Shown piece by piece: positions 52,894 through 64,000 of a stretch of 64,000 bases of DNA (positions within the stretch are counted from its first letter, which is position 1; the number at the start of each line of letters is the position of its first letter). The notes under the pieces were generated by a model. That model saw only the letters and a list, made by a program, of their open reading frames with translations, was not told where the DNA came from and did no database searches. The position numbers and the translations under genes are program-made. This DNA comes from Eledone cirrhosa (taxonomy: Eukaryota), in contig OZ024740.1 in NCBI GenBank assembly GCA_964016885.1, positions 194,990,001 to 195,054,000 on the forward strand, given 5' to 3'.

Positions 52894-53752
52894 TGATAAA
52901 TATGCTGGGTCCGTCAACCCTTATTGTTATTATCTCCCAACAAGCGGAATATTGAGAGTAAGTTAAACAATTTTTCACTTTTTATTGTGTTTTTGTTTTG
53001 ATATGCACTCTTTTCCTGCTACTAATTTTGTCTCTCACTCTGTTAAGTTGGGAATTAGACTGGTTATCTACGCACGTGGCTGACACATTTCAGCTCGCTA
53101 CTATATTGTTATATAATGGATGATCGCATTTAAAGTCCATTAAAGGTTCTTGGCACTACCATTGTTAGCATCGCTTTCCTCTAGCCATGGGGCTTGGAGA
53201 CATGAACCGAATGCTACCATTCTATTTTATATCAATGTGAACTGCTATTTCTAATAGCCATCTTTTCACCCCTTGATAATTTGTGTGTGAGACACGTTGG
53301 CTGAGAGCTTCTGACGGGAACTAAAAGATTGATTCTTTTTAGCTTCCCATCCCCATGTAAAATTTGTAAATCGGTGGCTAGTTGAGAGATAGCTAATCGC
53401 TTTACCGTGTCGGTTGTCACAAACAGTCATGACCGGCATGGGCCGGTGTTTGGATTCTGTCGATCGATTGGTTATTGATTAGGCGATACCCGCTGATGAA
53501 GTCGCATGAGACGATTGTGCATTGTTGCATAATATATGCAGACAGATGGTGCAGTGCACCATACTGCTGCATTAGTGCGGCAGAAACTCGAGTCCGGGAA
53601 CCTTATAGGCACCTGTTTTACGTGTGTTGTGTTGAGGCAAATAACTATGTGTATACTCTGGTAATGTATCTTACATTGCCCATTGAGTGCGCTGAGATAC
53701 AACCGGTACTGGCATTGATAAATATGCTGGGTCCGTCAACCCTTATTATTAT
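52894..53752 (+). mobile_element. Non-coding hammerhead-bearing element with 37-bp terminal direct repeats (retrozyme-like or PLE-derived)
   Basis: TGATAAATATGCTGGGTCCGTCAACCCTTATTRTTAT at 52894-52930 and 53716-53752; (TA)n on both sides; internal HHR. Confidence 0.8.
53481..53604 (+). ncRNA. Type I hammerhead ribozyme with branched stem II insertion
   Basis: CCCG-CTGATGA(53493-53499)-A-GTCGCA...TGCGGC-A-GAAA-CTCGAG-TC-CGGG; palindromic stem III ACTCGAGT; GUC triplet ending at 53594. Confidence 0.85.
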
Positions 53753-53761
53753 ATATATATA

Positions 53762-53918
53762 TAAAGAAATCATGAGGACTTTCCTGATGATTTCTTTCGA
53801 ATGAAACAGTTCTAGTCCTGTAGAAGCCATTTCTATATTAAATTTTATATATACTCTACTAATGCATTGAGTACTTCATTTACTGTGCTTACCCCCGATT
53901 GAACTCGGGACTCACACA
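53762..53918 (+). mobile_element. Short TA-flanked repeat with HHR-like core and 5' foldback
   Basis: AAAGAAATCATGAGG-ACTTT-CCTGATGATTTCTTT, then CGAATGAAACAGTTCTAGTCCT; homologous to 2554-2707. Confidence 0.7.
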
Positions 53919-53942
53919 TATATATATATATATATATACATA

Positions 53943-54946
53943 CAGGGTGGGGCATAATTCCTGTTACAAAGTTTTAAATCAATTTAAAAATACATTATGT
54001 TGCTAATATAACTAATATATTTGTATCAAATCCATGCACTATAACCATATTAACTATTTTTCAGAACATTACTCCATTAACAATTTGCAATGTCCATAGA
54101 ATTGAAAAGAAAGTTCATTATAGAGAAGCATGAAAAAAGGCCTGACTCCACCCGAGATATTTAAACTGGGGAAAATTCTTAAGATCAATAGAATGTTGAT
54201 CAAAAGGACAATTGATCGATTTAAGGAAACTTCCTCAACCAAAGACAGCCCTCAATCCAGATGCCCTCGCACCTCAAGAACACCAAAACTCGTTAAAAGT
54301 GTGAGGGGAAAATAAGGCGTAATCCGAGAAGGTCCATGAGAAAAATGGCAGAAGAAGCAGATGGTTTGGGCAGCCATTTCTGAAAGAGGGAAGTCTCCTC
54401 TGATTTTTGTGCCTCAAGGAGTTAAAATTAACAAAGAACTTTGCATAAAGGATATTTTGGAAGGAGCACTGATGCCATGGTGCACATCTGTTTATGGCGA
54501 TGAAATTTGGACTCTCCAACAAGATGGACCGACGAGCCACACTGCTCGGGTAACACAACAGTGGTATAGAGACCATTATCCTGCATGGATCAGTAAGGAA
54601 GAGTGGCCTCCCACATCACCAGATCTCAACCCTCTCGATTTTTCTTTATGGTCAATTCTTGAGAGTAAAGCCTGCTCTACTCCTAGCCAAAATATTGAAA
54701 CTCTAAAATCAAAACTGAATAAAGTATGGGAGAAAATACCCATGGAAACTGTTCGTGCAGACATCGAAGACTTTCCTAGAAGTCTTCGAACAGTAGTGAG
54801 AGCTAGAGGAAAGCATTTTGAATAAATTTTTGTGCAGTTGTTTAATAGTATATTTCTTACTATTTGTTGAAGTCAGATCTTGAAATAAATGTTTTTTCAA
54901 GAACTATTTGCATTTTATTTTGTAACAGTTTTTATGCCCCACTCTG
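53943..54946 (+). mobile_element. Tc1/mariner-superfamily transposon, maT (DD37D) family, internally deleted
   Basis: TA-CAGGGTGGGGCATAA..CTGTTACAAA and TTTGTAACAG..TTATGCCCCACTCTG-TA terminal inverted repeats. Confidence 0.92.
54089..54825 (+). pseudogene. DD37D transposase remnant
   Basis: HTH-like N-terminus with frameshifts, then MVWAAIS..QQDG..WPPTSPDLNPLD; 37 residues counted between the second and third D; first D region missing. Confidence 0.88.
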
Positions 54947-55474
54947 TATATATATATATACACATACACACAGTTATTCCTTTCTAGGTTTCAGTCTTTT
55001 GATTGTGGCCATGCTGGAGCACCACCATAATTTATTTCCTTTCAGTTTTGTTATAATTTTAGGACCAGAAGCTGAGGTATTATTAAGTCTGTAGCAGCTG
55101 ATCTTCCTCCAGTATATCCTTGAATATTTGGTTGATACGGTATTTGGTTAAGAGATCATCCAATATTTGGTTGATATGGTATCTTGATTACGAGATTATC
55201 AATAGTTCATTGATACAGTATTTTGTTTAGGAGATCATTCAATGCTTTTTGGAATGTTTCAATAGAGATTTCTTTTATATTCTTGATTTATCAAGGTAGG
55301 CAATTGAACACTTGATCACTTCTAAATATCAAACTAGTACACTAGAGTGTGTTTCTTTGCTATTTGGAAGGTAGTATATTCAAAGAGTCAATGTCACATG
55401 CCTGAGTCTTGTCATCAAGAGCAGAAGAATGCAGCCGGTAGTGCATGTCTTCTGTAGGAGGGACAATATACAAG

Positions 55475-55990
55475 CACTTTGGGGAGCTGCTACCTCTATT
55501 TATGATAAAAGCCTACACTCTGTGAACAAAAAGCTGGCTGTATGATGCTTATGTGCAGTGTGCGATGCTGCATGGTAATGTGACATGGTCAGTGAATGCA
55601 GAGGATATGCAAAAGCTGGAGAGAAATGAAGCAAGCATGCTTTGATGTGTGTGCAATGTTAATATGAACAAAGAGCAAAGCATAGATGAACTGAGAAAAA
55701 CATTGGGTATAAGAGGAATCAGATGTAGTGTGCATGAGAAAAGACTGCACTGGTAAGGATAAGTGATGCACATGGATGATGATCACTGAGTGAAGAAGTG
55801 CTTAAAAATATCAGCAGAAGGAAGCTGCAGTAGAGGAAGAACAAAGAAGACTAGGAAGGAGGTGGTGAGAGTTGATCTCAAATCACTGAATGTCAACAAG
55901 GAGAAGACAAACGAATGTGCCATGGAGGGATGATGTGCTGAAAAAGACTCGTTCAAACCATGCAAGCATGGAAAAGTGGACTTAAAATAG
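55475..55990 (+). pseudogene. Old RTE 3' fragment
   Basis: FGELLPL..LYDAYV..MLHGNVTW..LERNEASML..GIRGIRC with stops. Confidence 0.75.
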
Positions 55991-58925
55991 TAATGAAATC
56001 AGTTTCTGTAACTAAATCCAATTCATATATTTTAGAGAAGGAGCAACTATCACAATTTCTTATTTTTTTTATTCCCACTATAAAAATACAGGGACCATTT
56101 TAAATTATATGAAGAAACACATTATTACTGCTAATAGAATTGTTGTTATTGTTTGTTACAGACAATATCTATTTTGTTTTGTGGGAGTAGTTGCTTTGTG
56201 TTTCATAAGAGGCAATATAAAGGGTTGGCTACCCGAAGGGCATGCAGCCATAAAACAAAGCCCCCAAAAGGACTTGCTGTTGAGTTTGAACCTGTCATGG
56301 AGCTTGCAAAGCCAACTGCTTGTTTAGCTGGGAAAATGGCCTTAAAATGCTTGTTGTTGTAGCTGTTTTTGTTCTTTTTGTAATTTATTTGTTCATTTGT
56401 GTTCCAGTCAAGGGGCTGAGGCCATGCTGGGGCAATAATTTATTTTCTTTTATTTAATTAAATGCTTAGAATATCTTAATTTTAATTTTGAGAATGTTTT
56501 GTTTGTTGCACTTGGAAAGTTGGTTGATTCGTTTTGTTTTGATCAGAGTTAAAGTGTTTAAGTTATTCACACCATCTAAACTGAAAACAAATCAATTAAA
56601 GATTAAAGATTTCCACTTAAAATTTAGACTTCATAAACTAAACTATGAACTATCAGAAAGAGAGAGAACAAAACAAAAGATGAGGTTTGTTTCATTTGAA
56701 AACAAAACCAAAAGACAAACAATGAAAGATAAACACCAAGACTACAGTGTTAAAAATCAAATCAAAACAAAAACAATAACAATAAATCAATAAATTAATA
56801 GATAAATAAATAAATAAACAAATGAATATAGAAACACTGCAATATGTCTGTATGTTGGTCCAAATGTGTCTGCAATTATATGAAATAGTTGATAAATCTA
56901 GATTGGAAGTAGAATAAAATTAAAAAGGGGAGGTATGGGAGGATGAAGGTTAAAAACAATGTTTTTGTGATACTTATTATCTGAATGAAGGTGACAGATG
57001 GCTGGTATGTTTAACATACAATGTACATAAACAAACATCAACTAAAATCTGATAACGACAACAACAGGAGCACATAAACTAATATGAACAAGAGATTGTG
57101 ACAACACCGATACCAATATTAACATACTCAACCTGCTAGAATTGAATCACCCTCAAATTACACCCTACCATCATGAAAAAAATGAAGGATGCTTTGGATT
57201 ATTGCAGTCCTTGTTGCACTGTCTCTGAAAACAAAACAGGTTGCCCATAGCTGGCATGTCTTTAACCCTTTTGATACCAAACCACCAGAAACTACCCCTG
57301 GTTCTATGATACTAAGCTGTTTATTTTAAAGTGTTTATATTTATCTAAAAACATTCCATCATAATTTTATATAAGTACTTTTGTTAAGCTATGTTCCAAG
57401 CACAATATAAATGATGAGAAAGCCACTTATATTACTAAACCCCTCTAAATAAGATATGAATGCTTCAAGAAAAGTTATCTTTGTTGCAAGTATTTGGTCA
57501 TGGTTTCAGAATAGCTTCCACTTTTGGAAACTCACAAAAAAGGGTCATAGGCACTGCTTTTTATTCTCTAACAAATCCATAAAAGAGTAGGAAGGGGGGA
57601 TATGAGAACTTTACTGTATACATGTGTACCACCCATGGGCATTCTCTAGTTGTGCAGCAAGTTGTTGAGGTGAGTCAAAATATGATATGGTATTTTGAAA
57701 ATTAGTGTTTTGTTATGCATTGCACTGGTAAATGTGTATTTCTTTGTAGCAAATGAAAGGATGCACCCATATCTGTTTTAAAATAATTTTAACACACTTT
57801 TATATATAAAAGATTAACATTTTTGATAGAGCTCTGTAATGCCTTATTAAGTACTGTGGATTAAAAAGATTGAAAATCACAGTGAAGCCATAGGGAATAC
57901 ATGGTGGATATGCAATCTCTTGGTCATCTATTGTCATTCATTGACCAAAGGTGATACATGTTGCTGGGCAGAGGAATTTCTCTGAGGTCAATGTTTAGGA
58001 TCAGCTCCCAAAGTACATTACTGCTAAGATCTATAGACATGGCAACCATAGATGTGAAGAAACTATAAAATATTTTTAAACTAATATTTAAAAAAAACTT
58101 GACTAGATGAAGAATGTTACTACTACAGTTTTTTGTTATTGTTTTGTCCAATTCAGCTCTGATTGATCAAAATTATAATCAAAGACATTCCTGTGATATC
58201 CTTCACATTTTTTGTATATTGAGGATTAGATTATTTTAATGTGTCTTGTGTTTAATTTTTAAGGAAGGGTGTGATATGATTTGTAGCAACAAGGGCAAGT
58301 CAACTCCCACGTCAGAGGCAAATCTCTACATCTTAGAAATTTGCTTCTATGAAGGTAAGCATAAGGTTACCAGATAGACACAAGTATGTCAGACCCATAT
58401 AAATGTTTGTTTATTTATATTTTTGGATGTATGGCCATTAATTTTGCTGTGTGAAATATTTTCAAATATAATATCATCATCATTTTTACATCCACTTTTC
58501 CATGCTTGCATATATATATGTATATATATATTGATGGATGTATATCTGGAGGTGACTTCGGTTAAAAAAGGTACTCTCACATAAATAGAATATAGACATA
58601 TATATTTTATTATAGAATTAGAAATGTTTCATTATATATATATATATATATATAATGAAACATTTCTAATTCTGTAGAACTAGCCGACCATGTTATTCTT
58701 CACTCTTTCACTACTATTACTCCAAGAATAACCTGCATGAGAATTCTCGCAAACTATGGAAACCTCTTGTTGAGTCAAACAATGCCATATGTTAAAACTA
58801 TCCATAGTACAGAGTACTCACAACCTCTAACTGGATTACCTAAAATGATAACTTGTTATCCCATATATATATCATCATCATCATCATCATTTTACATCCG
58901 ATTTTCCCTGCTTGCAAGGGTGGGA

Positions 58926-58972
<47 letters not shown>

Positions 58973-58973
<1 letters not shown>

Positions 58974-59320
58974 TAGCTGACGTACCCAGCTTTGCCCGGG
59001 TAAACAGATGATAAGAGAAGACAGGTAAAAGAGAAAATGACTGTATTGGATGTTTGTCTGATTACAGTATGAGGCGAGTCCGTGGTGTCTGTCTGATACA
59101 AAAAACAGTAAAAGAAATCTTTCAGATATACCAGATTCTTCGTTGTACCGTTTGTGCATAGTATATGAACAATTCTAGGTGCTCCCACCTAGAATAGTGA
59201 CCTCTAGGAGATGGTTCATCTTCTGCCTGACTGTAAAACGTGTATCATTGCATAGACGTGTGGTTGTTTCTCAAAAGGATGATGGAAGTTCCAATCTTTT
59301 ATATTATATGTAGATATAGA
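58973..59320 (-). mobile_element. Non-autonomous Helitron
   Basis: Minus strand begins TCTATATCTACATATAATATAAAAG and ends with a GC-rich hairpin ACCCGGGCAAAGCTGGGT then ..CAGCTAG; flanked by A and T, no TSD. Confidence 0.7.
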
Positions 59321-59861
59321 TTTAGATAATTAATATAAAAGATGTCCGTCAATGTAAAAAAAGGTCCCTATTTACTCCCTTCACAACTCTGTATATGTTA
59401 GACTGACAGACAGCCACACAGACAGATAAACTGCATGGCAATTGTGGGATGCCGCACATACACACACATACACGCATGGAAACGCGCACACGCACACACA
59501 CTTACACACACACACATCTTGATAGTTTTACTTTCTGTGGAACGCTGCACGCATGCACACACACATAAACATACGCTCATGTACATACACACGCACACAT
59601 GTTAATAGTTATTGCTTTCCTTCCCCTCTTATTTCCACACACACATGTCTCTACACTGACACATATACATAGGTTTATCCAAACACAGCGTTCACCTTGC
59701 CTCTCTCTCCCCTCTCACTCCCTCATTGGCATTATGCATATTCATTTCAGTTTGGCGTCGTTGAGGTGGGCGGAGTCGTTTGAAACATATGAACCAATGA
59801 TAATCGAGAATTTGACGGAATACTGACATTGTTCAAATTAATATATAGATATATCGAGGGG

Positions 59862-59895
<34 letters not shown>

Positions 59896-60261
59896 GAGAG
59901 AGTCCGCGGTGCTGAGACTGAGGAGACCACTAAACATGGGAGTACTCGATGTATGGGGAGATGCAGAGATATGTAAAATCCTGACTGCAGATTTTATATA
60001 CCTACCCCCCCCCCCCTCTCTGTATGTATATATATATATAATATATTAATGTTGAGTTGTAGATTTATAGGTATATGACAATAAGTATCTACCGATGTGA
60101 TGCCTCCATACTTGTGATAGAGTTTATATTTATTATTTATCTTGGTTGACTGGTAGTCAAGTTACTGCATTGCTGGCTAACTATCTAGCATTGATGAAAC
60201 TTGAATACCAGTCAACTGAGATATATAATGTATATAAACAAATATAAACAGACGCTCACAG

Positions 60262-60665
60262 ATCATCATCATCATCATCATCATCATTTAACATCCACTT
60301 TTCCATGCTATCATGAGTTAGATGGGTTGTCCTGTTTGAGGCAATTTTGGTCTGGTAACCATGTCTTGCTCATACAGAGCTGTTCTGGCTTGGTTTCTAT
60401 GACTGGATACCCTTCCTAATACCAACTACAATTGCAGTGTGGACTGTGTGTTTTTTGTTGTGACTCCTACATGACCACTTTACAGTATGGGCTAGGTGCT
60501 TTTTGTCATGTCACCTACAAGACCACCTTACAGTGTGGGCTGGGTGCTTTTTGTCATGTCACCTACACAACTTTACAGTGTGGGCTGGGTGCTTTTTGTC
60601 ATGTCACCTACACAACTTTACAGTGTGGGCTGGGTGCTTTTTGTAATGACACCTACATGACCATT
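60262..60665 (-). mobile_element. RTE 3' UTR remnant with ~45-48-bp tandem units
   Basis: (CAT)n-TTAACATCCACTTTTCCATGC and repeated TTACAGTGTGGGCTGGGTGCTTTTTGTCATGTCACCTAC. Confidence 0.8.
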
Positions 60666-62064
60666 GTGTTCTTCAGCAAGGCATTTCATTTTACATTACT
60701 TTTTCAGGAAATACAAACTCATAGTAGGCCAGCGAAACATACATAAGTTTGTGCAGTAAACTTCATTTCATATTTTCCTTTCATATATGTGTGTGCATAT
60801 ACACAGCATATAGAAACAACAACAGAAAGTGAATAAATGAATGTTCACATGAAATGTATTTAATTTTCCTGAAATAAAAAAAATAAAAAAAATAGACTGG
60901 AAAAAAAGTTATTGATCAAGAGTCAATAACTATAAGAAAAGACCCTTAGTTGATGTTTTGGTTAGTCAGCTTCAACATAGAATACAAAGCTTCGGGGAAT
61001 ATCATTGACAAGATAATGGAAACTAAGTTGTGGCAGGCTGGTTTTCTTGTGACAGTAGACAACAAAATAATATTATTATACATAGGAAATATTCCAATAT
61101 CACACAGATGTTACAAAATGGTGAAAAATCCCCAAAAGTAAATAAATAAATAATAAATAAAAATTAAAATTAACAAAAAAGAACACAAAAACCACACAAA
61201 AAGCCATTCCTATTAAAAACAGCCTGCGGTAGCAAAAATCAAAATTTTCCACAAGAAAAAGTGAAGTTCATTTATACATTTTCTCTTTTTTTTCTTATTT
61301 GTTATATTTTTGAAATAACAAGAATTATTTGCAGAGTTCTTGATATTTCTAGAATCTACATGTTGTTAGTTAGCTAGTTTATTTGCTGCCACCACCAAAT
61401 CATAGATTGTATTGTAAAGAAGAGAATTCTATTTTCAGATGGGTCTCCCCATATATATATATGCCTAAAGCTGAGATATGTCATTGACTTCTTCAGGTTT
61501 ATTCATTTTAAAACAAGGTTCTATTTTCATCCTACTCAAGTATGAGAGTATTAATTTTACTGATTCCATGTTGAGAGAGTAATGAACAACCATTGTTGTC
61601 ATTGTATTTTAGCCCTAGGTCAATCATTATTAAACAGGCCTTCAATCAATCAATCAATCAAAGGCATTCAATTTGTGACTATTCTGTCTGATTCCTTAGT
61701 ATCCGAGAATGATTTAGCTGCAATTTTAAGAAAGTCAGGCAACTATGTAAAGGCTCTTTCATTGGCTCACACAGATTCAGTTGTTGCTGTTTAACCCCAG
61801 GGAAACTTTGACCCAAGGAACCTATGATCCATCAAAGACATTCCAGCCATCAACCAACCTGTCTTTTTCCTATGTGCAAGGAACCTATGACTACATTAAC
61901 CTAATAACATATACAGAGAAAGAAGAAAAGAGAGTGTCACAGAGAGAGAGAACGATTAAGACAGAAAATAGATAGAAGTTTAAACCTGCATTATACTCTT
62001 ATGTGTCTTTGTTTAAGAGGCTACCATATGATGTGAGGTACATTTCACTATGACAGGATATCAT

Positions 62065-62230
62065 AAGTGAATGAATACCAATTGGTGCCAAGCTGTATCG
62101 GCCTTTGCCTTTGACAACATTGGTGGCGTGGAGAGGAGAAACTAGTATGAGCAACTGTTGGTCTTCCACAAACAACTTTGCCCAGACGTCTGTCTCTGAG
62201 AGGAACTTTCTAGGTGCAAATCCCATGGTC
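62065..62230 (-). mobile_element. Probable RTE/BovB-type 5' UTR fragment
   Basis: Minus GACCATGGGATTTGCACCTAGAAAG..CCTCTCCACGCCACCAATG..CCGATACAGCTTGGCACCA resembles RTE 5' leaders from memory; not checked against a database. Confidence 0.4.
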
Positions 62231-62941
62231 TTTACCCATTTTACTAATTGAAGAGAAACTACTGAACCAGGAACGAATTGAACCTAAACAATAGTCTCAG
62301 CTTGGCAGGCGCTTATCTCTATAAGATATTCACTCTCTTACCTTCCCTCCCTCTTTCTTTTTTTCTCTCTCTCTATCACTCACACACATACACACATAAA
62401 CACATCCCACATGTATAATAAAATATACATACAAGCACAAAACCAAGATCATCTGAAGAGCAGCGATGCTTCATTTATGTATTTATACAAGTCACATTGT
62501 AGAATGCATGTCTTTTGAACATAATGAATCTAGTTTCTACAGGACTTCTTATCTCTTTCTTAAGGCAGACATTAATATTAAAAATTAAACTTTTCAGATT
62601 GTTATTTACCTGAAAAAGTTTCCTTTCTGACTCAAAGGATAAGGCAATCTCACTTACTCCAGAGTCCCTCCCCCAAATAAAAAAAAACACAAAAGGAAAA
62701 AGAGTAAAATAAAAGATACAACAACAGCGACAACAACAAAACAGCAAATGCTAGTTAATTAAGAAGTATTCCACTTGTTTGTACCACTACCATATACAAT
62801 ACTAATCTGCCATGATCCAAGGCAATTTACATACACATGTGACCTATATATACACGAGCTGTTCAATCTAAACGCATGCAGAAAAAGAGGAAGAGATAAA
62901 GACGGAGAAAGATTAAAACAGAAAGTAGATAGATGTTTTAA

Positions 62942-63162
62942 CCCTTTAGCATTTAGATTAGTCTATATATACTATTGTATTTTCATGGTAAAGGCTTTAG
63001 CTCATATAATTATCTCACATAATATCAAATCTATGAGATTTTGATATTATTTATTTTGAGAATAATACCTTAAAATCAGTATGAGTGCCCAGTTACAGCC
63101 AGTTTGAACAGAGAGTGTTGAGAAAATTCTGGCCGGATATGGCCGATTTAATTGTTAAAGGA
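62942..63162. mobile_element. piggyBac-type MITE
   Basis: TTAA-CCCTTTAGCATTTAGATT ... GATTTAATTGTTAAAGGA-TTAA; same left end as 27190. Confidence 0.7.
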
Positions 63163-64000
63163 TTAAACCTTTATTATAAACTTGTATTGTTATAGTTGTA
63201 TATTCAAGGAAATAGCAGTTTCATAGATATTGCTGATAAAGAACATATTTTCCATTATCAAAAGATGCACCTTGCCATGACCAATCATTAGTCTTGAATA
63301 CATAAATATTCATAGCATACAATTAATACTGTGTATTAAAATATATAAATTATCTCTAAGGGTTTGGACATTTGGAAGAACATATGTACGTACATATGAG
63401 TGTACACATGCATTATGGGTGTGCACACGTATGTTATAAGTGTGCAGCATACTCTATCCAACACAAATTTATGAGAAAATACAAAATAGTGTTCATAATT
63501 GGAATTATACCCCTATATCTCTCTGTCTCTCTCATTCACTACTCACATGTCACATGCATGTATGTGTGTGAGTGTATGCATATATAATATTCTGTTTCTG
63601 CATGTAACAGTAAAAACATAAGAGTGCAATTTACTTGGCAGTTTTGTTAGGAGAATTTACTGAAACATTTAAGAATCATTTGAAAATTCTTGAAATATTA
63701 GTATTGCTTTTATGTCTTATAGCTTTTTCACTAGATTTTCTTCCAGTAAATTTGTGTCGAAACTGCTTCACTTGAGAGATTTTGCGGAATTGTTTAGGAA
63801 GTTAATCCAGTTGTCTGAAATATTTATTGATTTGCTACATAGAAATATGTAGAGTCACATCTGGTCCCCTCCTTCCTCAGTCTATATATAGTGTCAGATT
63901 ACTGGCTAAAGTTTTGATGGTTGGTTCAGATTCCATTATCAACACTGAACCAAGACACGTAACTCATTTGACTCCTAAATCAATGAGCCTACCTCATCAA

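Noticed and set aside
53475-53804. 109-aa ORF across the hammerhead
   Set aside because: Non-ATG start, runs out through the TA flank into the next element, no recognisable domain.

Overview
AT-rich, microsatellite-dense eukaryotic DNA, most likely intronic or intergenic. The repeat families (RTE LINEs with (GAT)n tails, Meta-domain-like and CORE-like tRNA SINEs, TA/CA arrays) suggest a cephalopod, probably Octopus; this is inference. No host gene can be called with confidence, and most short ORFs in the track are translated microsatellite or antisense shadows of transposon ORFs. Recognisable elements are a 5'-truncated Penelope-like element (RT + GIY-YIG), two near-full-length RTE LINEs plus fragments, Rex3/Expander-like relics, an internally deleted DD37D (maT) transposon, a piggyBac relic and MITE, a non-autonomous Helitron and many SINEs. 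The most notable signal is a set of type I hammerhead ribozyme (HHR) motifs, all in elements inserted into (TA)n arrays. Two are non-coding elements with short terminal direct repeats (468-nt and 822-nt monomers; retrozyme/circular-RNA-like). One lies in the 3' region of the Penelope-like element. One sits in a perfect 421-bp palindrome whose axis is just 5' of the catalytic core. These four share an enlarged stem II and, in at least three, a mismatch at its base. All RNA folds were made by eye and need computational and biochemical confirmation.
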